NCBI RefSeq assembly: GCF_000723185.1 | Contig: NZ_CBTY010000008.1 | Span: forward strand, 172,677-204,676 | Length of the DNA: 32,000 bases | Reading direction: 5' to 3' | Source: Candidatus Nitrosotenuis uzonensis | GTDB taxonomy: Archaea > Thermoproteota > Nitrososphaeria > Nitrososphaerales > Nitrosopumilaceae | Program-made: the position numbers and the translations under genes | Shown here: one piece after another, positions 16,026 to 24,149 of the stretch | How the letters are laid out: the number at the start of each line of letters is the position of its first letter | How positions within the stretch are numbered: the stretch's first letter is position 1 | The notes under the pieces: generated by a model | Seen by the model: only the letters and a program-made list of their open reading frames with translations | Database searches by the model: none | Told to the model about the DNA's origin: nothing

Positions 16026-17513
16026 ATGGCAACCTTAACTGTTGAGGAGACTAGAGCTTTTGTTGAAAAGCTGATTGCCACAGGTAACGGCGACAGTGGC
16101 AGGCTGATGCACATTCTTAACACCATTAACTCGGGCCGCAAACTCTACAACTCTGATCAAAAATATCTTGATTCCAAGCTTGCAAATGAAATTGGATTGG
16201 TACAAAAAATTAAAACTGAAGAAGGACTTGTTGCCAAAGTGCAAAGATTGATTACTGCAAGAGCCGGAGATATAGGACGATTACAGTTTATTTTAGAATC
16301 GCTACAACAAGGAAAATCGCTTTACAACTCGGACCGCTTGTATCTTGAGGCAAAGCTTGGAGAAAGAATAAACCCTGAAAGTGTCCTTGCGCAACAGGAA
16401 CCTGAGCAGACAATAGACTCGCTCAAATCTCAAGTCACGCTTGCAAATCAACGAATTGCAAGACTGGAACACGTACTGCAAGACAAATCCAATCAACTAG
16501 AAACAATCCAGACTGCAAGTGTGGCAAAAGTACATCAAAAACCTGTCGCAGGCGCAATGCCAAAAGGCTGGTCACCACCAAAACAGGATCTAGATCAAAT
16601 CCGCCAGCAAATAAGCGCAGAACAGAGTAATCTTGAAAGGGAGAAAAACAAGACTGACCAGCTGAAAATCGAGCAATCAAAACTGATGCAAATAATACTG
16701 GACAGAAAGGAATTTGAAAAACAGCTGCGAATAGAACAGGAAAGACTGCAACAGCAGATTGAGCTCGAACGCAAAGCAGTAAAGGAGCAGACAGCACTGG
16801 TTGAGCAGATAAAATTACAAGAAGAAGAGTTGGAAAAGGCAAAACGTGAGCGCGACGCAATTGTGGCAAAACTTCATGCCGAACAGACCGCTTTATCGAG
16901 CCAGGTCGCCACAGAACGCGCAAAGCTTGCAGAACAGGCTAGGGCTGCACAGAAAATACAGCAAGAACATGAGCATCTGCAGGCAATAAAGGAGGAATAT
17001 GAAAAAGTGATGCAGACTGCAAAGTCTAAAGAAATGGAACTTGAAGCACAAGTGAAAATGGAGCGCTCAAAGCTGGAACAGCAGGGAAAGATTCTCAAAC
17101 AAATATCAAATTATGAAAAGTATCTAGAATCCTCAAGACAAAAACAGGCCTTGCTTGCGGCAAAAATAGCAGAACAAAAAGACAAACTGAAAAAAACTTC
17201 TACATCAATATCGCAAATTGAGGAAGACCAACATCTGCTTGATGCAATACTTGCAGAAAAAATTGCACTTGAACAACAAATCAAACTTGCTGATTCTGAG
17301 CTAAAAAGCATAAGAAAAGACAAAACTCTGCTGGAGCGGCAGCTTAGAACTCAAAAATCCACCCTTTCAAAGATAAAAAAACAAGAGATAGGTAAAGTTA
17401 AAACACTCAAACAAAAAAAGCAGGTTCTGGCAAAGCAAATCAGGACCGAGGCAACTCAAATAAAGAAAATCGCAAAAAAATTGGAAAAGACACCTAACCC
17501 TTCTTCACAGTGA
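16026..17513 (+). CDS. Long coiled-coil protein with a duplicated N-terminal GDxGRL...LYNSD motif
   Basis: The ATG at 16026 has a TTAAAATAT box 24 nt upstream; the track ORF starts at GTG 15975. About 380 aa are E/Q/K/L-rich heptad-like sequence. The N-terminus has two ~43-aa repeats. Confidence 0.75.
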   Translation: MATLTVEETRAFVEKLIATGNGDSGRLMHILNTINSGRKLYNSDQKYLDSKLANEIGLVQKIKTEEGLVAKVQRLITARAGDIGRLQFILESLQQGKSLYNSDRLYLEAKLGERINPESVLAQQEPEQTIDSLKSQVTLANQRIARLEHVLQDKSNQLETIQTASVAKVHQKPVAGAMPKGWSPPKQDLDQIRQQISAEQSNLEREKNKTDQLKIEQSKLMQIILDRKEFEKQLRIEQERLQQQIELERKAVKEQTALVEQIKLQEEELEKAKRERDAIVAKLHAEQTALSSQVATERAKLAEQARAAQKIQQEHEHLQAIKEEYEKVMQTAKSKEMELEAQVKMERSKLEQQGKILKQISNYEKYLESSRQKQALLAAKIAEQKDKLKKTSTSISQIEEDQHLLDAILAEKIALEQQIKLADSELKSIRKDKTLLERQLRTQKSTLSKIKKQEIGKVKTLKQKKQVLAKQIRTEATQIKKIAKKLEKTPNPSSQ

Positions 17514-18105
17514 TCTCTTGGCCGTTACCTATGGCCAACGTGCATGTCTGCAGATTCTGCCTTGATGCAAGGTACGTTGAATACTGGTGCATCATCTTGC
17601 GGTATTTTTTAGGATACAGCATGTTATCAGTTACCATGACACCTCCATCTTTTAGGTGTGGAATGATGAGTCTTGCGTATTCTATGACATTTTCCTTGTC
17701 TGCATCAATTAGGACAAAATCAAACTTGGCGTTCCTTGGAAGGCCCTTTAGTACATTTCCGATTTCATTCCTCCTTATTCTGATGAATCGTGATACGCCC
17801 GCACGCTTAAAATTGCGTATGGCGCGTTCTATCTTTTTTGGATTTCTCTCAATAGTAGTTATTCTTGGGGTTTTATAGTGTGTTAGGATAGCATCTGTTA
17901 TCCACAAAGTGGAATATCCAGTTGACGTGCCAAGCTCAAGTGCGCTTTTGGCTCTAATTCCAACAATTAGGGAATGAATGAACTGTCCTGTCTCGTACGT
18001 GATTGCCAGCATCCTGTCTTCTGGCTTTACGTCGTATCTTTTCGTTCTCTCTTTTCTTGATTTTTCTTCCAATTCGTCAATGATTTTTTTAATAGATTTT
18101 CTCAA
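17494..18105 (-). CDS. Class I SAM-dependent O-methyltransferase (family 3, caffeoyl-CoA OMT-like)
   Basis: LELGTSTGYSTLWI (SAM-binding motif I), FDFVLIDADKENVIEY and LKDGGVMVTDNML. The open frame extends to GTG 18234, but that would overlap the divergent gene. The TTG at 18105 gives ~203 aa, the usual family length. The start is uncertain. Confidence 0.8.
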   Translation of the reverse strand: MRKSIKKIIDELEEKSRKERTKRYDVKPEDRMLAITYETGQFIHSLIVGIRAKSALELGTSTGYSTLWITDAILTHYKTPRITTIERNPKKIERAIRNFKRAGVSRFIRIRRNEIGNVLKGLPRNAKFDFVLIDADKENVIEYARLIIPHLKDGGVMVTDNMLYPKKYRKMMHQYSTYLASRQNLQTCTLAIGNGQEITVKKG

Positions 18106-18216
18106 TACTGCATATGCTACCTTGTTTATTATAACGTCTTGTTTACAATTTGCTGATTGACGATCATGCAGTGCATAATTACAAATTATATTTGGTAAAT
18201 TCAGAGCTGAAATAAA

Positions 18217-18597
18217 TTGAATGCATACAAGCACATCCCGTTGATACAGGTTGTCGAGAATATAATCGGTCTTGATTCTACAATGCGCTTTGCGGCAATC
18301 ATTGACCTGAAAGGAAACATACTAGAGTCCATAATGAAAGAAGGAAAGACCTCACTCAAATCCCAAAAAGAAGAGGAGCATTTTTGTATGCAGGTGGCGC
18401 AAAGACGCAAAATGCGCAAAGAGTTTGATAAGACACTGGGTAAGGTCCGCTACGTAAATGTGGAGCGTGAGCGCGTTTCTCAGATTGTAATCTATACTAG
18501 GAGAAAGACAATTTATTTTACCATGGAGCCTGAGGTCAGCCCGACCAAAAAAATGTCGATCATCAACCGGGTCAAAAAAATAACGTCGCATCTGTAG
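18217..18597 (+). CDS. Hypothetical protein (126 aa), possibly roadblock/LC7-like fold
   Basis: TTG start, with an alternative ATG at 18283. The pattern ...IGLDSTMRFAAIIDLKGNILES... followed by a basic helical region resembles small regulatory alpha/beta proteins. The family assignment is weak. Confidence 0.55.
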   Translation: MNAYKHIPLIQVVENIIGLDSTMRFAAIIDLKGNILESIMKEGKTSLKSQKEEEHFCMQVAQRRKMRKEFDKTLGKVRYVNVERERVSQIVIYTRRKTIYFTMEPEVSPTKKMSIINRVKKITSHL

Positions 18598-18655
18598 AAT
18601 ATCTGTTCATTCTAAACATACTAACAAATTACAAGTCGTGAAATGAACAGCATTC

Positions 18656-18745
18656 ATGGACACCCATCACGTGGTGATGCTAATGGGGGCAATGGTAGGA
18701 CTAGCGGTATTTCTACCACTAGTAATAGGCTATCTTGGTCAATGA
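18656..18745 (+). CDS. Candidate hydrophobic micro-peptide (29 aa: MDTHHVVMLMGAMVGLAVFLPLVIGYLGQ)
   Basis: My own translation. It contains a single predicted TM helix. There is no convincing TATA box. Its stop lies 32 nt before the TTG at 18777 of the PIN-like gene. Confidence 0.2.
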   Translation: MDTHHVVMLMGAMVGLAVFLPLVIGYLGQ

Positions 18746-18776
18746 CTTAAATCAGACAGAATCGTACTACCTGCTG

Positions 18777-19052
18777 TTGAAGATACTGGTCGACGAGATG
18801 GATGACGGGTGGGATGAGAAACTACGATCGCTCGGTTATGATGCATATTCTGTTAAAAAGCTCATAGGCGAGGGCAAGAAACTGCACACTGATTATTCGG
18901 TCATAAATTATGCGAAGGAAAATAACATGATATTGATAACACGCGATACTGAGAGCGGACATGCATGCTTTGAGAACAACCTTCCATGCGTCCTGTTGGA
19001 CAACAACGAGATATTCAAGATAGTCGTTGAAAAGCTAAAACAGTTCAACTAA
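18777..19052 (+). CDS. PIN-like domain protein (Mut7-C / DUF5615-like)
   Basis: (M)KILVDEMDDGWDEKLRSLGYDAYSV...DYSVINYAKENNMILITRDTE fits the pattern of PIN-like Mut7-C/DUF5615 proteins: hydrophobic-D-E/x near the N-terminus, L-R-x-x-G-x-D, then D...A......L-hydrophobic-T-x-D. The TTG start at 18777 has a TTAAAT box ~24 nt upstream. The track ORF starts at TTG 18735. Confidence 0.55.
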   Translation: MKILVDEMDDGWDEKLRSLGYDAYSVKKLIGEGKKLHTDYSVINYAKENNMILITRDTESGHACFENNLPCVLLDNNEIFKIVVEKLKQFN

Positions 19053-19082
19053 TTTTTATCCTAGTTTTGCCAATATCTGCAT

Positions 19083-19337
19083 ATGCGAAGCTGTGATGTG
19101 CGAAGCAGGGCATACAGAAACGGAAAGACATTTGATCAATGCGTGCAAATTGCAGAGGCGCTTAATCCAGAGTTTAAAAAAATAATAGATAATGACGGTA
19201 AGATTCTCTGGTCGGATATACTGCAAAAGGTAGACCACGATGAGCTGATTTACAAGCTTACCCTAAAATATCTGCGGCGCGACGGATATGATATAGGGAA
19301 CTGGAAGATACCTGAAGTCAAAAAGGCATCGGCCTAG
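19083..19337 (+). CDS. Hypothetical protein (84 aa)
   Basis: ATG start with a TTTTTAT box 23 nt upstream. No recognised motifs. It shares a CTAG stop overlap with the convergent membrane-protein gene. Confidence 0.45.
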   Translation: MRSCDVRSRAYRNGKTFDQCVQIAEALNPEFKKIIDNDGKILWSDILQKVDHDELIYKLTLKYLRRDGYDIGNWKIPEVKKASA

Positions 19338-20146
19338 GGCTGCACCTTACAGCTCCATCCGCTGCTTTTGATCTTTTTTGCCATTATGATTGGTGTTGCC
19401 ACCAAGAGCGGAATCGATATTGCAATAAACAACGTCTGGAGTTGAGTTATTGCAAGAGTAAAGGCTACGGCCCCGGACGAGCTCAGAAAAAGGGAAACAA
19501 AAGTCCCAGCGCATGTGGGGCATGCAATGAAAAGACCCGTGACGGCTGCAACACTTCCTGCCCCTGCCCCTTTTCGCAGTATGGAAAATGCATTTGCGGC
19601 AATTGCCATGTTCAGGCCTACAAGATATGACACGGCAATCTGCAAGATAAGATTAATTGGTATTATCTGCATTCCTAGATGCTCTGTTATGTAAAAGATG
19701 AATTTTGGGACGTACCCTATATCGCCACAACATGGGGCGATAAATGCAGACGGCACCTGTACCCCGTAATGCATTGAGAAGATCACATCCGGCTGGTAAA
19801 CCAGTATTCCTGATGTGAGCGAGAAGAATAATCCATAGGCAATCGCGGTTATGGTAAATATCCTCCTTGACTTTTTGTTCCACGTTATGTTAGCTATTAT
19901 TGAGAAAGGGTCGTCCTTTTCAGTACCTATTTTCTGCTTGTGATATTGATACATGCCGTATGAGATAGCGCCGAGGGCCACAATAAGCAGCACATAGAAC
20001 ATTACGCCCAGTCGTTCGACGCTCGTGAGCGCATCCGGCGTTATCTCCGAGTTACCAAGCCTTGCGTAGATTAGAAACAGGATTGCGATGCTGGCAAAGC
20101 CAAGCGCAATGAGCAATCGTCCGTCCCTTGTCTGGCCGTCTGCCAT
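19334..20146 (-). CDS. Polytopic membrane protein (~7 TM) with CC and CPTC motifs
   Basis: Hydrophobic helices run throughout the protein. FIAPCCGD is at residues 139-140 and LFIACPTCAG at residues 209-212, both in or next to helices. No family recognised. Confidence 0.75.
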   Translation of the reverse strand: MADGQTRDGRLLIALGFASIAILFLIYARLGNSEITPDALTSVERLGVMFYVLLIVALGAISYGMYQYHKQKIGTEKDDPFSIIANITWNKKSRRIFTITAIAYGLFFSLTSGILVYQPDVIFSMHYGVQVPSAFIAPCCGDIGYVPKFIFYITEHLGMQIIPINLILQIAVSYLVGLNMAIAANAFSILRKGAGAGSVAAVTGLFIACPTCAGTFVSLFLSSSGAVAFTLAITQLQTLFIAISIPLLVATPIIMAKKIKSSGWSCKVQP

Positions 20147-20210
20147 CTGAGAGCGGTTTTACTAGACCATCATTAAATCTATCTCAAATAAAAAGAAAAA
20201 ACTCATGCTG

Positions 20211-20378
20211 TCATGCGCAGCAGAGGGTCTTTTTGAAATCTTCTACGTTCCTTGAGAACTTACATTCTTTGCAGACATGCCAAGTTCTGTCTTTTAGGAT
20301 CTTCAGTGTCGCCTCATAGTTTACTGAATACATCTTTCCTCCACAGCTTGGACACGGCAGCGGTATGTCGATTCGCAT
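20211..20378 (-). CDS. Zinc-ribbon micro-protein (55 aa)
   Basis: My own translation gives MRIDIPLPCPSCGGKMYSVNYEATLKILKDRTWHVCKECKFSRNVEDFKKTLCCA*. It has a CPxC...CxxC ribbon. A TTATATT box lies 23 nt upstream of the ATG. It is not in the track because it is under 60 aa. Confidence 0.5.
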   Translation of the reverse strand: MRIDIPLPCPSCGGKMYSVNYEATLKILKDRTWHVCKECKFSRNVEDFKKTLCCA

Positions 20379-20489
20379 CGAAAACGATTTTACAAATTTT
20401 GAATATAAGAGCCGCGTAGGACTGATAAGTTATCCATTTTTTTAATTCTCGTATGTTTATATCAAATCAATACGTAAAGAATACAGGAA

Positions 20490-20915
20490 TTGAACATAGA
20501 CCAGAAACAAGATCCGGACTATTCCACCGCAAAGATCTCCTACGTCGGTTTTATCGATCCATATGCGCTTGAGGGAATAATCGTCCTGCAATCAGATGAC
20601 AAAAAAGAATTTCACATGAGAGCATTTTCAGGAGAGGTTGCAAGACACATCAAAAGCTTTGTGGAGGGAAAAAGAGACGGATTGCCCACCATATACAATC
20701 TGATCGAACAACTGTGCGAGGAAAACGAGATACTGCTTGTCAAAACCAAGGTGTATGAGAGTGGTAGTGTTCTTAGAGCAAACCTGTACTTTACGGGGAA
20801 AAAAGACATCGTACTTAGAAACTACAGGGCATCTGATGCAGTTGCACTGGCAGCATTCTACAATATCCCAATTCTTGTCAGAAAGACGCTTCTAAAAGAG
20901 CCAGTCGAAGCCTAG
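20490..20915 (+). CDS. Bifunctional nuclease (BFN/DUF151) domain protein
   Basis: FHMRAFSGEVARHI...PTIYNLI...LRANLYF...YRASDAVALAAFYNIPILV matches the BFN pattern, including the (R)xSDA(V/I)ALA motif. TTG start with a GTTTATAT box upstream. Confidence 0.8.
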   Translation: MNIDQKQDPDYSTAKISYVGFIDPYALEGIIVLQSDDKKEFHMRAFSGEVARHIKSFVEGKRDGLPTIYNLIEQLCEENEILLVKTKVYESGSVLRANLYFTGKKDIVLRNYRASDAVALAAFYNIPILVRKTLLKEPVEA

Positions 20916-22003
20916 GTCAGGACTTTATCTAATCGCCCAAGCTCGTAGGCCCTTTTGAGCTCCATTGCTATTCTTCTGCCAACTCCAAATGTTTCGCCAT
21001 ATTGGTATTTTGTGTAAGGCGATGTTGTTGCTACAATCGGGTTTCCTGGCACCCTCAGAGATACGTCGTACACTACAAGCTCAAGGTCCTTTGTTATGAC
21101 ACTCTGGAGCGAGAACGGTCCTATGATTCCAGGCGGATAAATCCTTCTGACTCCTGCGACGAACTTGTCCCCAATTTCTATTACTTTCTCAAGTAAAGAT
21201 TCTCTTATGCTTGCAGGTGTGTGCCCTACCTCGATGTTCTGTATGTCAACGTCAATATCCATCTGCTGTTTTGCCGGGAGAGAGTTAAAGTCGTACAGGT
21301 TTGTCTGCAATCTCCTTTCAATTCCGATAAAGTCGACCTGCTCTGATATTGGTGTGTGAAAATAATTAAAGTTCATGTATGTTCCAAGAACTAGCTCCTC
21401 GATGCTGGCCTTTTTGAGATCTTCCCTTCTGATAATTCCTTTTCTTATTCTCTCCTCTGACTTTTGCTTATAGTCCTCATACGATGATACAGTAAAGAAG
21501 GCCCGTTCCATCTTGCGTGTCTTTTCCTGCACCTTGACAATTGCAGGCCTGTCTATCTTTTTTGGATCCCTGAAGAGTCGCGGAAATCTTACCTTCGATT
21601 TTTCAAGCAGATGATACTGGTTCTTTGAAAAACTTCGCTCCTCTGCTTGAAACAGTGAACGGTTGCCAAAAATCGGCACCTTGAACTTGTTCTCTATTAC
21701 ATCATATCCAAGGTATGCTGTGAGAGCCCTGTGGGGAATGATTATCGTATTGGTGTCATTGAATAATTTTTGCATTTTTGCAGATGCCATGTCCTGAAAT
21801 TTGTCGACCACTATGATCTCATCTGCAATTCTCTGGAATCTCCTGTATGGGGCATCCCTGCCTTTTTGGCATATCACTACAGTCTGCAGTCCTTCATCCT
21901 TTGCCCCATCCATTATCTCAAGGGCCGAATGACTGCCAAGAACGCCTATTCTAAAACTGGAATACTCTTTTACTATCTTGTGAATCTCAGCGGGCCTTAT
22001 CAT
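20912..22003 (-). CDS. purP: 5-formaminoimidazole-4-carboxamide ribonucleotide (FAICAR) synthetase, archaeal ATP-grasp PurP
   Basis: 363 aa. The N-terminal GSHSALEIMDGAKDEGL and the overall ATP-grasp layout are as I recall for archaeal PurP (DUF1246/DUF1297). Confidence 0.88.
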   Translation of the reverse strand: MIRPAEIHKIVKEYSSFRIGVLGSHSALEIMDGAKDEGLQTVVICQKGRDAPYRRFQRIADEIIVVDKFQDMASAKMQKLFNDTNTIIIPHRALTAYLGYDVIENKFKVPIFGNRSLFQAEERSFSKNQYHLLEKSKVRFPRLFRDPKKIDRPAIVKVQEKTRKMERAFFTVSSYEDYKQKSEERIRKGIIRREDLKKASIEELVLGTYMNFNYFHTPISEQVDFIGIERRLQTNLYDFNSLPAKQQMDIDVDIQNIEVGHTPASIRESLLEKVIEIGDKFVAGVRRIYPPGIIGPFSLQSVITKDLELVVYDVSLRVPGNPIVATTSPYTKYQYGETFGVGRRIAMELKRAYELGRLDKVLT

Positions 22004-22105
22004 GTATAATCAGAGTTCAAAACTAGTCTAATATAACTAAACTCGTTTTCATGGTGCTAATCTGCCCCATCCTGTTACATCTTAAAATAATCTGTCTTTC
22101 AAGTA

Positions 22106-22666
22106 ATGTTGATGAAGCTCGTAGTGGGTATTACAGGAAGTACAGGTGTAGTGTATGGCGTAAGAATGCTCAAAGTACTACGGGAAAAGAAAGTGGAAAC
22201 GCATCTTGTGATGACAGAATGGGCAAAAAAATGCCTGTCCATGGAAACTGACTACAAACTAGATGACGTCAAGACACTTGCATCGCAGTATTCTGATGAC
22301 TCTAATCTTGCATCCGGCATATCAAGCGGAACTTATAGGACTGATGGGATGATAGTAATCCCCTGCAGCATGAAGACGCTTTCAAGCATTGCCAACGGAT
22401 ATGATGAGACGCTGGTAGCGCGCGCAGCCGGCGTCACAATGAAGGAATCGCGTAAGCTCGTGTTGGTGCCTAGGGAAACGCCACTTACTGCAATACACCT
22501 TGAAAACATGCTCAAACTTGCAAGGCTTGGAGTGGTGATACTGCCACCTGTTCCGGGATTTTATACAAGGCCCAAATCAATAGATGAGCTTGTCGACCAT
22601 ACTGTTGGAAAGTGCCTTGACCAGTTTGGAATCGAGCACGATTTATACAAAAGATGGGGCAGCTAG
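22106..22666 (+). CDS. ubiX: Flavin prenyltransferase UbiX
   Basis: KLVVGITGSTGVVYGVRMLKVL, IPCSMKTLSSIANG and LVLVPRETPL are diagnostic of the UbiX/Pad1 flavoprotein family. Confidence 0.92.
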   Translation: MLMKLVVGITGSTGVVYGVRMLKVLREKKVETHLVMTEWAKKCLSMETDYKLDDVKTLASQYSDDSNLASGISSGTYRTDGMIVIPCSMKTLSSIANGYDETLVARAAGVTMKESRKLVLVPRETPLTAIHLENMLKLARLGVVILPPVPGFYTRPKSIDELVDHTVGKCLDQFGIEHDLYKRWGS

Positions 22667-23100
22667 TACGTGTGCCAAAGATAATCCTTGAGAAGACAAT
22701 TAGGGCAAAAAGAGAACACGTCTTTGGAATAGTGGCAAACTATGAGAACTTTCAGAACTTACTGCCTCAATACTTTACATCAGTCAGGGTGCGCTCGGTC
22801 AGAGAAAACATCGCAGTAGTGGAAGAACACCTTCAAGTGGGCTCACGTGAGTTTGTAATGATGACAAAACATGTAACAAAGTATCCGGAAACTCACGAAG
22901 TGTTCGTTATAGGCGGCGACGCAAAGGGAAGCCATTTTGTAGAACAATTTGAGAGTGTACCTGATGGAACAAAGCTTACAGTAAATGCGAACATCAAGCT
23001 TGGCGGCATCTCAAAGATTGTGGGGGTGTTTGCCAAAAAAAAGATCGCATTGGAGTTTGGAAAAATAATGGACGAGTTTGCAAAAATTGCAGAGACCTAG
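22654..23100 (+). CDS. SRPBCC (START/Bet v1-like) family protein
   Basis: 148 aa with the typical beta-rich core and C-terminal helix (I...R..VF..V.NYENF...LP......V). It overlaps the ubiX stop by 13 nt. Confidence 0.7.
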   Translation: MGQLVRVPKIILEKTIRAKREHVFGIVANYENFQNLLPQYFTSVRVRSVRENIAVVEEHLQVGSREFVMMTKHVTKYPETHEVFVIGGDAKGSHFVEQFESVPDGTKLTVNANIKLGGISKIVGVFAKKKIALEFGKIMDEFAKIAET

Positions 23101-23291
23101 TCTTTCTTTTCCTTTAGGTCTTTGAGCTCTTTTTCTGATTCAAGCTTGCCTTTCTCGTATTCTACTCTTGCCTTGCCCATGGTCTTGGCAAGCTCTGGAA
23201 TCTTTTTTGCGCCAAATATCAATATCGCAGCTGCAATTATGATAAAGATCCACTCTTGTCCGGCGATAAGGCCCATAATACTTGATAGCAT
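23097..23291 (-). CDS. tatA: Twin-arginine translocase subunit TatA/E
   Basis: A single TM helix is followed by FGAKKIPELAKTMGKA and then an amphipathic, charged tail. The gene lies immediately downstream of tatC. Confidence 0.85.
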   Translation of the reverse strand: MLSSIMGLIAGQEWIFIIIAAAILIFGAKKIPELAKTMGKARVEYEKGKLESEKELKDLKEKKD

Positions 23292-24110
23292 CTATTTGTT
23301 CTTAGGCATATCTTCAGATTTAAGTCTTCTAGTATTTCGCTCGCGTCTCTCAAGCAAAAACATGCCTACGACATAAAGCCCAATCATGGGACCTGAAATG
23401 AACCACATTGTCACACCGCTCCCATCTGGGGTTACAATTGCACCGACTATGACAAGAATCACAAACGCGTACCTGATGTTTCTTCTCCAAAACTGCACGT
23501 CGGTCATTCCGGAAGCGGTGGCAGCATACATTATCAGTGGAAGTTGGAATGCAACTCCGAATGCCAAAAGAAATTGCAGCACAAAGGTAACAAAGTCCAT
23601 CACGTTCAGAAATGTGACCAGTCCGGACGACTCACCGTACTGGTAAAGAAAATCAAGCATGAACGGAATTACTGTAAGGTACGCAAATATGGCACCGGTG
23701 ACAAATAACGCGATTGCAGGCAGTGCTATTGAGCGGACTGCATGCACTTCGCTTTCAGAAAGAGCCGGCTTGATAAACGATGTAAGCTCGCGTACAATGA
23801 TGGGCATCGAGACAACCAATCCCACCAGAGCGGCAATGTATACCTGAGCATAAAAGGCCTGGCCCGGAGCAGTCTGTATGAGCTGCACATTCTGAGGCAC
23901 AAGTGTCTCTTTCATGTAGTTTGTAATCTGGGCTGCCATGTTGTGCAGTGGTTCTGGCATTGGATAGTACAGCGTGATTCCGCCTACTACAACTGGCGCA
24001 AGCTTGAACGTTAGCATAAACGTGATGATTATTCCCAGCGCAATGACTATCCTGATTATCCTGCTCCTAAGCTCCGCCAAATGTGCATAGATTCCCTGCA
24101 GCTCTGACAT
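23292..24110 (-). CDS. tatC: Twin-arginine translocase subunit TatC
   Basis: Six-TM layout. The N-terminal HLAELRSRIIR and the conserved PG/F motifs of TatC are present. Confidence 0.9.
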   Translation of the reverse strand: MSELQGIYAHLAELRSRIIRIVIALGIIITFMLTFKLAPVVVGGITLYYPMPEPLHNMAAQITNYMKETLVPQNVQLIQTAPGQAFYAQVYIAALVGLVVSMPIIVRELTSFIKPALSESEVHAVRSIALPAIALFVTGAIFAYLTVIPFMLDFLYQYGESSGLVTFLNVMDFVTFVLQFLLAFGVAFQLPLIMYAATASGMTDVQFWRRNIRYAFVILVIVGAIVTPDGSGVTMWFISGPMIGLYVVGMFLLERRERNTRRLKSEDMPKNK

Positions 24111-24149
24111 GCCTTGTATGGGCGACGAATATCTATTTAGGTTGCGAAA

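Noticed and set aside
16035-17323. Several minus-strand ORFs (up to 162 aa) inside the coiled-coil gene
   Set aside because: They are low-complexity antisense frames of an A/G-rich coiled-coil coding sequence.
15101-19337. Possible defence or accessory island (cupin, 2H phosphoesterase, long coiled-coil protein, methyltransferase, PIN-like nuclease)
   Set aside because: The genes are in mixed orientations with individual promoters. There is no ATPase, helicase, restriction-endonuclease, Cas or abortive-infection signature. The methyltransferase is an O-methyltransferase type rather than a DNA methylase. There are no flanking tRNA, integrase or direct repeats. I treat them as independent genes.
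20128-20319. 63-aa plus-strand track ORF
   Set aside because: It is antisense to the better-supported 55-aa zinc-ribbon ORF, which has an ATG, a TATA box and CxxC pairs. Its translation has no features.
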